DNA from: an uncultured Gemmatimonadales bacterium
GTDB taxonomy: Bacteria > Gemmatimonadota > Gemmatimonadetes > Gemmatimonadales > GWC2-71-9
Direction of reading: 5' to 3'
Length of the DNA stretch: 64,000 nt
Assembly: GCA_963748815.1 (NCBI GenBank)
Contig: CAVVKJ010000010.1
Span: forward strand, 662,124-726,123
Positions 50,900 to 59,218 of this stretch are shown here, piece after piece (positions within the stretch are counted from its first letter, which is position 1; each line of letters opens with the position of its first letter). The notes beneath the pieces were generated by a model that was not told where the DNA came from, did no database searches, and saw only the letters and a list, made by a program, of their open reading frames with translations. Made by a program: the position numbers and the translations under genes.

Positions 50900-51559
50900 T
50901 CAGCGGGCGGGCGCGGCGGCCGACAGGGTGCCGCGCCAGCTCTCGCTCAGCGCCGGACAGGCCGCAAGCCGGAGACACTCCTCCCGGCGACGGGACCGCT
51001 CGACCATGAGCTCCGACGCGAGATAGACCGGCCACTGCGGGTACGGCCGGTCCACCAGCGTCACCGCCATCCCCCCCTCCACCCAGCCTTCGGTGAGCAC
51101 CCGGAGGTACCATCCGGTTCGCAGGTCCTCCTGCACCAGCTTGACCATGTCCTTCCGGTGAAAGCGCCGATTGAGCGTGGCGCAGGGCTGCCGCGGTTGC
51201 GACACCTCCACCCGGGCCTGCCCGATGGCAAACCGGTCGCCGACGCACACCGTCCGCTCCTCCGCGCCGTCGATCGTGAGATTCTCCCCAAACCACCCCG
51301 GGCCGACGTCGGTCCGACCCAGCACCTCGCGCCACCCGGCATAGTGCCCGGCGGCGTAGGCCAGGACCGCCTTGTCGGGCCCGCCGTGCACCGTCCGGTC
51401 AGCCTGCATGTCCCCGGCGACCCCCAGCCGGCCCACCCAGACCGCGCCGGACACTGGCTGTTTGGCGATGGCGCTGGTCCACGGCCGGTCGAGCGGTTCG
51501 TCGGCCCCTTCGGCCCCGTAGGAACGGGGGACGCCGACTTGAATTGAGCGGAGGATCAT
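50900..51559 (-). CDS. MOSC domain-containing protein
   Basis: Contains DRTVHGGPDKAVLAY, GENLTIDG and VSQPRQPCATLNRRF. Confidence 0.8.
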   Translation of the reverse strand: MILRSIQVGVPRSYGAEGADEPLDRPWTSAIAKQPVSGAVWVGRLGVAGDMQADRTVHGGPDKAVLAYAAGHYAGWREVLGRTDVGPGWFGENLTIDGAEERTVCVGDRFAIGQARVEVSQPRQPCATLNRRFHRKDMVKLVQEDLRTGWYLRVLTEGWVEGGMAVTLVDRPYPQWPVYLASELMVERSRRREECLRLAACPALSESWRGTLSAAAPAR

Positions 51560-51584
51560 GCGGGGAAGATAAGGGGGCCGCCCT

Positions 51585-51613
51585 TTGACTCAAGTCCGCG
51601 TCGCGACTATACT
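51585..51613 (+). promoter_or_regulatory. sigma70-type promoter candidate for rpsF-rpsR-(DUF2232)-rplI
   Basis: TTGACT (51585-51590), a 17-nt spacer, then TATACT (51608-51613), about 68 nt upstream of the rpsF ATG. An AAAGGAAGG Shine-Dalgarno sequence lies at 51668-51676. Confidence 0.5.
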
Positions 51614-51680
51614 TCCCCGCTCACAATACTCCTCCTCAGCCCCACACCAGGGCTGGGGCAACAGTCCAAAGGAAGGTGTC

Positions 51681-52022
51681 ATGACCCGTCAGTATGAAGC
51701 GGTCTATATCTTCGATTCTGCCCTCGAAGAGCCCGCAATCAACGAACGCCTCGAGCGGTTCCACGCGCTTCTGGCCCAGCCCGACACCGAGGCGCCGCAG
51801 CTGTCCCATTGGGGCAAGCGGACCTTGGCCTACCCGATCAACCGCCACGAAACCGGCTACTACGTCATTGCCAAGCTCGCGACCGCGCCCACGGCGCTGC
51901 CGGAGTTCGAGCGCGCCGTCAAGCTCGACGAAGGCGTGCTGCGGTTCCTGATCGTGACGAACGAAGGCCCCCAGCCGGTTCCGCCCAACGCCGACAAGGG
52001 TGACGGGGAGGACGACGAATGA
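51681..52022 (+). CDS. rpsF: 30S ribosomal protein S6
   Basis: ATG at 51681, preceded by a good Shine-Dalgarno sequence. Contains YEAVYIFD..HWGKRTLAYPI and an acidic tail. Confidence 0.9.
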   Translation: MTRQYEAVYIFDSALEEPAINERLERFHALLAQPDTEAPQLSHWGKRTLAYPINRHETGYYVIAKLATAPTALPEFERAVKLDEGVLRFLIVTNEGPQPVPPNADKGDGEDDE

Positions 52023-52240
52023 GGCGCCCACAGAAGAGCTGCTCGATTTGTGAGTCTGGCGTGCGCGTCGTCGACTTCAAGGACGAGCGGACGCTCTCCC
52101 GGTTCCTGTCCGAGCGCGGCAAGATCCTGCCGAGCCGCCTCTCGGGCACCTGCGCGCGGCACCAGCGCCAGCTGAGCACCGCCATCAAGCGGGCGCGTGT
52201 CCTGGCGCTGCTGCCGTACCTGAAGGGCCACGGCGGCTGA
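52019..52240 (+). CDS. rpsR: 30S ribosomal protein S18
   Basis: Contains VDFKDERTLSRFLSERGKILPSRLSGTCARHQRQLSTAIKRAR. ATGA overlap with rpsF. Confidence 0.9.
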   Translation: MRRPQKSCSICESGVRVVDFKDERTLSRFLSERGKILPSRLSGTCARHQRQLSTAIKRARVLALLPYLKGHGG

Positions 52241-52272
52241 CCGTCCCGGGTGGGCGGCCTCCGGAGGGACAG

Positions 52273-53202
52273 GTGCTGTCCTTCCGGGCCCGCCTCGCAG
52301 TGGCAGCGTTTGTCCTGTTCACCTGGCCGGTCATGACAGCGTTTCTTTTCGGCCCGCTCGCCGTGCTCGTCGCGGCGAGCCGGCCACAGGGCCGGCGGGC
52401 GTGGATCTGGCTGATGGCCCTGCTGCTCTGGCTCTCGCTCTGGGCTGCGCAGCCTGGAGGACTCCTGGAGGAGCTGGTCCGGGCGGCGGGGGTACTGTCC
52501 ACCGGCATCGGGGTGCTCTTTCTGCTTTTCTCCGCCGGGTCGGTTTCCACCCGGGCACTCCGGGGCACGGCGGCGGTCGTGGTTTCCACGGTCGGGTTGT
52601 CGCGTCTGGTGGGGTTGCACTGGGGCGACGTGGTGCGGGCAGTCGTGCAGCAGGGGATGATGGCCCAGCGTGCCGCCACCGATTTGCTGAGCCGCGGGGG
52701 CTCGCCCCCCGACGACGCCACCCGGGAGGCGCTGCAGACGCTCGGCGAGGGTCTGCGCCCAATGGCGCCGTTCTTCCCCGGCCTGCTGGCCCTGATGCTC
52801 TTTGCGGGGCTTTGTCTCGCGGCGCTGCTGGCCCCACGGATCGCCGGCCGGTCGGTCGCCCCCATCCCGGGGCGGTTCGACGACTTCCGGTTCAGCGATC
52901 ACCTCGTTTGGCTGATCATCGTCGGCCTGGTGGGAATCCTCTTCGCCAGCTCGACGCCGATCGGTGGCCCGTCGGCAAGCCTGCTGGCATTCGGCGTCGG
53001 CTTGTATGCCCTGCGCGGCTCGGCGGTGCTCGCCACCGCGCTTCGCGCCGCCCCGCGCCTCTTTATCGTGCTGCTCGTCGTTGGTGCGTTGTTCCTGTTG
53101 CCGTTCGCCGTCGGGGGGCTGGCCCTCCTCGGCCTGGCCGATACCTGGCTCGACTTCCGGCGGCGCATGGCGCCGCCGCTTTCCGGAGGGTTGGACCGAT
53201 GA
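52273..53202 (+). CDS. polytopic membrane protein (DUF2232/YybS-like position between rpsR and rplI)
   Basis: Hydrophobic 309-aa ORF with a GTG start. The family call rests on gene position and is tentative. Confidence 0.6.
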   Translation: MLSFRARLAVAAFVLFTWPVMTAFLFGPLAVLVAASRPQGRRAWIWLMALLLWLSLWAAQPGGLLEELVRAAGVLSTGIGVLFLLFSAGSVSTRALRGTAAVVVSTVGLSRLVGLHWGDVVRAVVQQGMMAQRAATDLLSRGGSPPDDATREALQTLGEGLRPMAPFFPGLLALMLFAGLCLAALLAPRIAGRSVAPIPGRFDDFRFSDHLVWLIIVGLVGILFASSTPIGGPSASLLAFGVGLYALRGSAVLATALRAAPRLFIVLLVVGALFLLPFAVGGLALLGLADTWLDFRRRMAPPLSGGLDR

Positions 53203-53645
53203 TGGAAGTAATCCTGCGCGACGACATCAAAACGCTTGGCAAGGCTGGAGATCTCGTCCGCGTGAAGCCGGGCTACGCCCGCAACTTCCTGCTGCCGAAG
53301 GGGCTCGCCTACGAGGCCACCGAGGGCAACAAGAAGCGGATCGTCGCCGAGACCAAGGCGCGGAACGTCCGCCTCGCCGCCGAGAAGGACGCGGCCGTGG
53401 CCGCCGCGGCCGGCATCTCGGCTGTGCTGCTCACCTTCACCCGCAAGGCGGGGGAAGAGGGGAAGCTGTTCGGCTCGATCACGTCGCAGGACATCGCCGA
53501 CAGCCTCGCCAGCCAGGGGCAGACCGTGGACAAGCGAAAGATCGAGCTCACCCATCCGATCAAGACCGTGGGCGAGCACACCGTCATCGTCCGCCTCCAC
53601 CCCGAGGTGCACGCCGACGTCCGCGTGACGGTTGTCGCAGAATAA
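53199..53645 (+). CDS. rplI: 50S ribosomal protein L9
   Basis: ATG at 53199 inside the longer ORF 52401..53645. Contains MEVILRDDIKTLGKAGDLVRVKPGYARNFLLPKGLA. Confidence 0.9.
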   Translation: MMEVILRDDIKTLGKAGDLVRVKPGYARNFLLPKGLAYEATEGNKKRIVAETKARNVRLAAEKDAAVAAAAGISAVLLTFTRKAGEEGKLFGSITSQDIADSLASQGQTVDKRKIELTHPIKTVGEHTVIVRLHPEVHADVRVTVVAE

Positions 53646-53658
53646 GGAGCGCCCGCCG

Positions 53659-55500
53659 GTGGGCGTCGGCATCGCGTACATGGACGGGCCCCGGCTCGCC
53701 CGTTCGCTCTTCGCGGCGTCGGATTGGGTCGCGGCCGGCCGGGAAGAGATCAACCGCATCAACGTCTTTCCGGTGCCCGATGGCGACACCGGCACCAATT
53801 TCAGCCTGACGCTCCGCGCCGTCGCCGACGCCCTCCGGGCGCTCGGCGACGCATCGCTTCCCGTCACGGCCACGACGATGGCGCGTGCCGCCGTGCTCGG
53901 CGCCCGCGGCAACTCCGGGATGATGCTCGCCCATTTCCTGATGGGGGTGGCCGAATCGATCGGGGACCGCGAGACCGCCACACCCACCGAACTCGCCGCC
54001 GCCCTGAGCGCCGGGGCCTCCCGGCTCTACGGCGCGCTCGATGACCCCAGGGAAGGGACCATCCTGACCGTCGCCCGCGAGGCCGCGGCCGCGGCGGAAC
54101 GCGCGGCCGGGCGCTCCCCCGACATCGCCGAGTTCATGCGCCAAATGCACCTCGAGGGAGAGAAGGCGCTGGCCAGGACGCCGGAGCTGATGGCGGTGCT
54201 CAAGGAAGCCGGTGTGGTGGACGCCGGGGGCATGGGCTTCATGCGGATGATCGAGGGAGTCGTCCGCTTCATCGACGGCGACCCGATCCTGGCGGTGGAA
54301 CCGGGGTACACGGGGGAGTATGCCGTGCCGGCCGCCGACATGGAGGTGGCCGCCGACCAGGACTTCCAGTTCTGCACCGAGGTGGTGGTGCGCGGCGAGC
54401 AGCTGCCGCCCGCCAACGAGGTCCGGGCCGCCCTGCGCAACTTCGGCGGCTCGCTGGTCGTCGCCGTGATGGGCGACATTCTCCACGCCCATGTGCATAC
54501 GAACACCCCCGACGCCGTCTTTACCTATGTGTCGCGATGGGGGCGCCTCGAGAAGACCAAGGCCGAGGACATGCGGGCGCAGCATCGCGGGCTCCAGCAC
54601 GGCGTCCAGAAGGACGTGGGCATCGTCACCGACAGCGCCTCCGATCTTCCCGACGCCGTGCTCGATCGGCATGGCATCTCACTGGTGCCGCTGCAGGTCA
54701 TCTTCGGCGACGAGGTGCTGCTCGACCGCGTCCAGCTGAAGCCGGAGGAGTTCTACCGCCGGATGCGGACGAGCCCGCAGCTGCCGTCCACCTCCCAGCC
54801 GACCGTGGCCGACTTCGTGCGGGTGTTCCGGGAGGCGCGGCACGAGGCGGAGCATGTGATCGCCGTCTTGGTCTCCTCGGGCCTCTCGGGAACCTTCCAG
54901 TCGGGGGCGGCGGCGATCAAGGCGGGCGGCCTGACCAACATCCGCCTGGTGGACAGCAAGTCCGCGTCGCTCGGCGCCGGGATGCTGGCCCTGCGGGCGG
55001 CGGAGCTGGCAGAACTGGGATGGCCCTCGGAGGCCATCGCCGGGGAAATCGAGCGGGTCCGCGACCAGTCCGGCCTGTTCCTGACCGTGGACACGTTCGA
55101 CAACCTGCTCCGCAGCGGGCGGGTGAGCCGGGGCAAGGCGTGGCTCGGCGGGCTCCTCGACGTGAAGCCGATCCTCTCGCTCGACGCGGCGGGGCGGGTC
55201 GTCCCGGTGGACCGGGCCCGCGGCCGGGAGCAGGTCATCGGCCGGGTGTTGTCGCTGCTGGAGGCGCGGCTCCAGCCCCGCCCGAAGCAACTCCGGTTTG
55301 GCGTGGTCCACGCCGAGGCTCCGGAGGTCGCCGGCCGGGTGCGCGACGCCTTGGTGGCGGCATACCGTCCGCGGGATTGTTTCGTGTCACTGGCGACCGG
55401 GGTTCTCGGGACGCATGTCGGGGAGGGCGCGTGGGCGGTCTTCTATCAGGTCGAGGACGGGACACCACCGGCACCGCCCAATCCACGGAGTCCCGGTTGA
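53659..55500 (+). CDS. Dak2 (DhaL/FakA-N-like) domain fused to a DegV (FakB-like) domain
   Basis: The N-half has VFPVPDGDTGTNF and ARGNSGMML (Dak2). The C-half has GIVTDSASDLP..LVPLQVIFG..PSTSQPTVADF (DegV). GTG at 53659 lies 9 nt after AAGGAG. Confidence 0.75.
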   Translation: MGVGIAYMDGPRLARSLFAASDWVAAGREEINRINVFPVPDGDTGTNFSLTLRAVADALRALGDASLPVTATTMARAAVLGARGNSGMMLAHFLMGVAESIGDRETATPTELAAALSAGASRLYGALDDPREGTILTVAREAAAAAERAAGRSPDIAEFMRQMHLEGEKALARTPELMAVLKEAGVVDAGGMGFMRMIEGVVRFIDGDPILAVEPGYTGEYAVPAADMEVAADQDFQFCTEVVVRGEQLPPANEVRAALRNFGGSLVVAVMGDILHAHVHTNTPDAVFTYVSRWGRLEKTKAEDMRAQHRGLQHGVQKDVGIVTDSASDLPDAVLDRHGISLVPLQVIFGDEVLLDRVQLKPEEFYRRMRTSPQLPSTSQPTVADFVRVFREARHEAEHVIAVLVSSGLSGTFQSGAAAIKAGGLTNIRLVDSKSASLGAGMLALRAAELAELGWPSEAIAGEIERVRDQSGLFLTVDTFDNLLRSGRVSRGKAWLGGLLDVKPILSLDAAGRVVPVDRARGREQVIGRVLSLLEARLQPRPKQLRFGVVHAEAPEVAGRVRDALVAAYRPRDCFVSLATGVLGTHVGEGAWAVFYQVEDGTPPAPPNPRSPG

Positions 55501-55527
55501 CGAGGCCCCCCGCCCTGCCCGGCCTCG

Positions 55528-55854
55528 TTGCGCGCCGCCTACCGGGCCGCCGACGACCTGAAGGCCCGCGACCTGACGGTGCTCGACCTGCGGGGCCTCC
55601 ATGACGCGGCCGATTTTTTCGTTCTCGGTTCCGGCACCTCCGACGCGCACGTCCGGGGCATCGCCCACGCCGTGCTCGACGCCCTGGCCCGCCAGGGTCA
55701 CAAGCCGCACCACGTCGAGGGGCTCCCCTCCGGGCGCTGGGTCCTGCTCGACTTCGTGGACTTCGTGGTGCACCTGTTCCATCCGGACGCGCGCGCCTTC
55801 TACCAGCTCGAGCGCCTCTGGGACGACGCCCCGACGCTCACGCCGCGCCCCTGA
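55528..55854 (+). CDS. rsfS: ribosome silencing factor
   Basis: Contains DLTVLDLRGLHDAADFFVLGSGTSDAHVRGIA and VHLFHPDARAFYQLERLW. TTG is the first start after an in-frame stop. Confidence 0.85.
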   Translation: MRAAYRAADDLKARDLTVLDLRGLHDAADFFVLGSGTSDAHVRGIAHAVLDALARQGHKPHHVEGLPSGRWVLLDFVDFVVHLFHPDARAFYQLERLWDDAPTLTPRP

Positions 55855-55864
55855 CCACCATCGG

Positions 55865-58800
55865 ATGCCCATGACGCTGCGGTCCCTGCTCCTGCTGGCC
55901 CTCCTCGCGATCGTTCCCACGGTCGCGTCGGCCCAGTATTTCGGGCAAAACCGCGTCATGTACGCCAAGTTCGACTTCAAGATTATTCATACCGAGCACT
56001 TCGACGTCTACTACTACCCGGTCGAGAAGGAAGCGTCACTGGACGCCGCGCGGATGGCGGAGCGCTCCTACGGCCGGCTCTCCACCCTGCTCAACCACCG
56101 CTTCATCGAGCGGAAGCCGATCATCCTGTACGCCTCACCCTCCGACTTCCAGCAGACCAACGCGCTCGGCGGGGACATCGGCGAGGCGACCGGCGGCGTC
56201 ACCGACTTCATGAAGCACCGCGCCATCATGCCGTTCACCGGCGCGTACAAGGACTTCGACCACGTCCTGATGCACGAGATGGTGCACCAGTTCCAGTACG
56301 ACACCTGGTCGCGCGGCAAGGCGGGGACCGGCGTCGCCACCATCATCCAGGTCAACCCGCCCCTCTGGTTCGCCGAGGGGATGGCCGAATACCTGTCGCT
56401 CGGCAAGATCACCCCCGAAACCGCCATGTGGCTGCGGGACGCCGTCCTCCAGGGCAAGCTGCCGACCATCCAGCAGCTCACCTACGACCCCTACATCTTC
56501 CCCTACCGGTTCGGCCACTCGATCTGGGCGTATGTCGGCATGCGGTGGGGCGACGAGGCGGTCGGCGCGATTCTCTCCTCCACCCTGGGCGGCGGCGGCG
56601 TGGAAGGGGCGTTCCAGCGCGTCCTCGGCATTTCCCTGAACCAGCTGTCCGTGCAGTGGCGGGACTGGGTGCAGGAGACCTACCTGCCCGACGTGGCGTC
56701 GAAGCAGCTCGCCGCCGCCGTCGGCAAGCCGCTCCTCACCAAGGAGCGCTCCGACGGCACGCTGCACATCGCGCCGGCGCTCTCGCCGGACGGCAAGCTG
56801 ATCGCCTACCTGAGCGAGAAGAACTTCTTCTTCATCGACTTCTACCTGGCCGACGGGGAAACGGGCAAGGTCATCAAGAAGCTCGCGAAGTCGATCTTCG
56901 ACGCGAACTACGAGACCTTTCGCTACATCAGTTCCACCTCCTCCTGGTCGCCCGACAGCAAGTATCTGGTCTTCGCGGCCCGCGCGCAGGGCGGCGACGA
57001 CATCGTCGTCTTCGACCCGATCCGCCGGAAGGCGGTCCGCCGCATCCGGGTGGAGCTGAGCGGCGTGTCGTCGCCGGTCTACAGCCCCGACGGCACCCAA
57101 CTGGCGTTCACAGGCATGGAAGGCGGGCTGTCGGACCTGTACGTGATCAACGCCGACGGGACCGGCCTCCGGCAGCTGACCCGGGACAAGTACGCGCAGC
57201 TCATGCCGGCGTGGTCCCCGGACGGTCACACCATCGCCTATGTCACCGACGAGGGGCCCGGCACCAACTTCACCGACCTGAGCTACGGCAACTTCCGCAT
57301 CGCGCTCTTCGACGTGGACCTCGGGCGCCGGGAACTCCTCCCCCACATGGACGACGGGCGCAACATCAGCCCGCAGTGGGCGCCGGACGGCAAGTCGTTC
57401 GCGTTCGTGTCCGACCGGACCGGGATCGCCAACATCTTCCTGTACGAGCTCGGCGGAGACATCTACCAGCTCACCAATCTGTTCACCGGGGCGCAATCCA
57501 CCACGCCGCTCTCCCCGGCGCTGAGCTGGGCGCGCGAGGCCGACCGGCTGGCCTTCGTGTACTTCGAGAACCAGAACAACGACGTCTACACCATCCAGGA
57601 CCCCCGCTCCCTGAAGCGCGAGCCCTGGCGGCCGGCCCCCGCGGAGCCCGAGCAGGTCGCCGCGCGGCCCGACTCCGGGCAGGCCGCCGCGCCCGCGGAG
57701 GTGGTCTATCCCCGCGCCGATTCGATCTCCGTGGCCGGCACGCCGCCCGCCCCCGACTCGGCGGCGCCCGCGCCGGTCCCGGGCGCAGCCCAGGCCCGCG
57801 AAGGCGGCTCGATCTACCGGACGCCGTCCGGATTCCGCGCGGCCGCGGCGGCGCCGGTCGTCACCGACACCGCCGGCCGCCGTCAGACCGACGTCACCGT
57901 CATCGGGCTCCTCGACTCCGCGTCGCTCTTCCTGCCGGACACCAGCAGCTTCACCCTCGGACCGTACAAGCGGAAGTTCACCCCCGAGAGCTCGGCGCGG
58001 CCCTCGGTCGGCTACACCCGCGACAACTTCGGCAACGGCATCTACGGCGGCGGCGCCATCCAGTTCGGCGACATGCTCGGCGACGAACAGCTCATCTTCG
58101 CGGGCTACATCAACGGCTCCCTGAACCAGGGCGACTTCCTCGCCGCGTACGCCAACCTGAGCGGGCGGCTCAACTGGGCCGTCGGGTTCCAGCAGTACCC
58201 CAACTACTACGTGCTGCAGCCGTTCGTCATCGAGAACGAGCCCGCCCCCGGGCTCAACACCTACGTGACACGCACCCGCCTGCTCACGACGCGGCAGATC
58301 TTCGGCCGGGGCTTCTACAACATCAACCGGTTCCAGCGACTCGAGCTCGGACTGGCGCTTGGCCAGATTGACGACGGCATCCAGAGCTACTACGAGACAT
58401 ACGACCGCGCCACCGGCGTGATCGTGGACGCGCCGCGCCGGGAGACGATCTACTTCAACGGCCAGCAGGTGGCCACGCCCTCGGTGGCGCTGGTGTACGA
58501 CGCCACCTTCATGGGATGGATCGGCCCGCTGTTCGGCACCCGGTACCGCGCCGAGGTCCGCCAGACCATCGGCGGCTGGAACGTCACCCAGCTGCTGCTC
58601 GACTACCGGCGCTACATCCCGTTGAAGGGGCCGGTCATCCTCGCGGCGCGCGCCCTGTACGCCGGGCAGAAGGGGCCGGATGCGGACCGGCAGCGCTACT
58701 TCCTCGGCAGCACCGACCTGGTCCGCGGCCGCACCTCGGGTTCGTACTACCGCTACGAGTGCGCCACCACCAGCGGCAACCTCGCGCCGCTGACCGGGTG

Positions 58801-59152
58801 CTACGCGCTCGACCAGATGGTGGGCACCGAGATCGCGGTCGGGAACCTCGAACTCCGCTTCCCCCTCGTGAACTCCTTCCTCGGCATCGGCCCGCAGGGA
58901 TTGCCGTACGTCGACGGCGTGGCCTGGGTCGACTACGGCGTCGCGTGGAACAGCTGGAACACGGTGGCGTTTTCGAAGGACCCGAACGCGTCGCTCGAAA
59001 CGCAGGCCCTGACCCGGACCCCGGTCACCACGCTCGGCGTGGGAGCGCGCATCAACCTGTTCGGGTACATGATCCTCCGATTCGACTGGGCCTTCCCGCA
59101 GGGCCGGGGCATCCCCTCGTACTGGACCATCACCCTCGGTCCGCCCTTCTGA
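55865..59152 (+). CDS. outer-membrane protein: HExxH peptidase-like N-domain plus PD40/TolB-like beta-propeller plus Omp85-like C-terminal barrel
   Basis: ATG at 55865 gives MPMTLRSLLLLALLAIVPTVASAQ. Contains HVLMHEMVHQF. PD40 motifs recur (SPDGKLIAY, SPDGTQLAF, SPDGHTIAY, APDGKSFAF). The barrel-like C-terminus ends in Phe. Confidence 0.75.
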   Translation: MPMTLRSLLLLALLAIVPTVASAQYFGQNRVMYAKFDFKIIHTEHFDVYYYPVEKEASLDAARMAERSYGRLSTLLNHRFIERKPIILYASPSDFQQTNALGGDIGEATGGVTDFMKHRAIMPFTGAYKDFDHVLMHEMVHQFQYDTWSRGKAGTGVATIIQVNPPLWFAEGMAEYLSLGKITPETAMWLRDAVLQGKLPTIQQLTYDPYIFPYRFGHSIWAYVGMRWGDEAVGAILSSTLGGGGVEGAFQRVLGISLNQLSVQWRDWVQETYLPDVASKQLAAAVGKPLLTKERSDGTLHIAPALSPDGKLIAYLSEKNFFFIDFYLADGETGKVIKKLAKSIFDANYETFRYISSTSSWSPDSKYLVFAARAQGGDDIVVFDPIRRKAVRRIRVELSGVSSPVYSPDGTQLAFTGMEGGLSDLYVINADGTGLRQLTRDKYAQLMPAWSPDGHTIAYVTDEGPGTNFTDLSYGNFRIALFDVDLGRRELLPHMDDGRNISPQWAPDGKSFAFVSDRTGIANIFLYELGGDIYQLTNLFTGAQSTTPLSPALSWAREADRLAFVYFENQNNDVYTIQDPRSLKREPWRPAPAEPEQVAARPDSGQAAAPAEVVYPRADSISVAGTPPAPDSAAPAPVPGAAQAREGGSIYRTPSGFRAAAAAPVVTDTAGRRQTDVTVIGLLDSASLFLPDTSSFTLGPYKRKFTPESSARPSVGYTRDNFGNGIYGGGAIQFGDMLGDEQLIFAGYINGSLNQGDFLAAYANLSGRLNWAVGFQQYPNYYVLQPFVIENEPAPGLNTYVTRTRLLTTRQIFGRGFYNINRFQRLELGLALGQIDDGIQSYYETYDRATGVIVDAPRRETIYFNGQQVATPSVALVYDATFMGWIGPLFGTRYRAEVRQTIGGWNVTQLLLDYRRYIPLKGPVILAARALYAGQKGPDADRQRYFLGSTDLVRGRTSGSYYRYECATTSGNLAPLTGCYALDQMVGTEIAVGNLELRFPLVNSFLGIGPQGLPYVDGVAWVDYGVAWNSWNTVAFSKDPNASLETQALTRTPVTTLGVGARINLFGYMILRFDWAFPQGRGIPSYWTITLGPPF

Positions 59153-59218
59153 TTCTCGCCTGAACCGGACCCAATATCCGGTCTGGCCCCTGCCCCTCCA
59201 CGCGCCTATTTTTGGCCT

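Noticed and set aside
53449-53470. GGGGGAAGAGGGGAAGC in rplI as another octamer-array site
   Set aside because: It has only two imperfect units, and they encode the ordinary L9 segment GEEGK. This is most likely coincidence.
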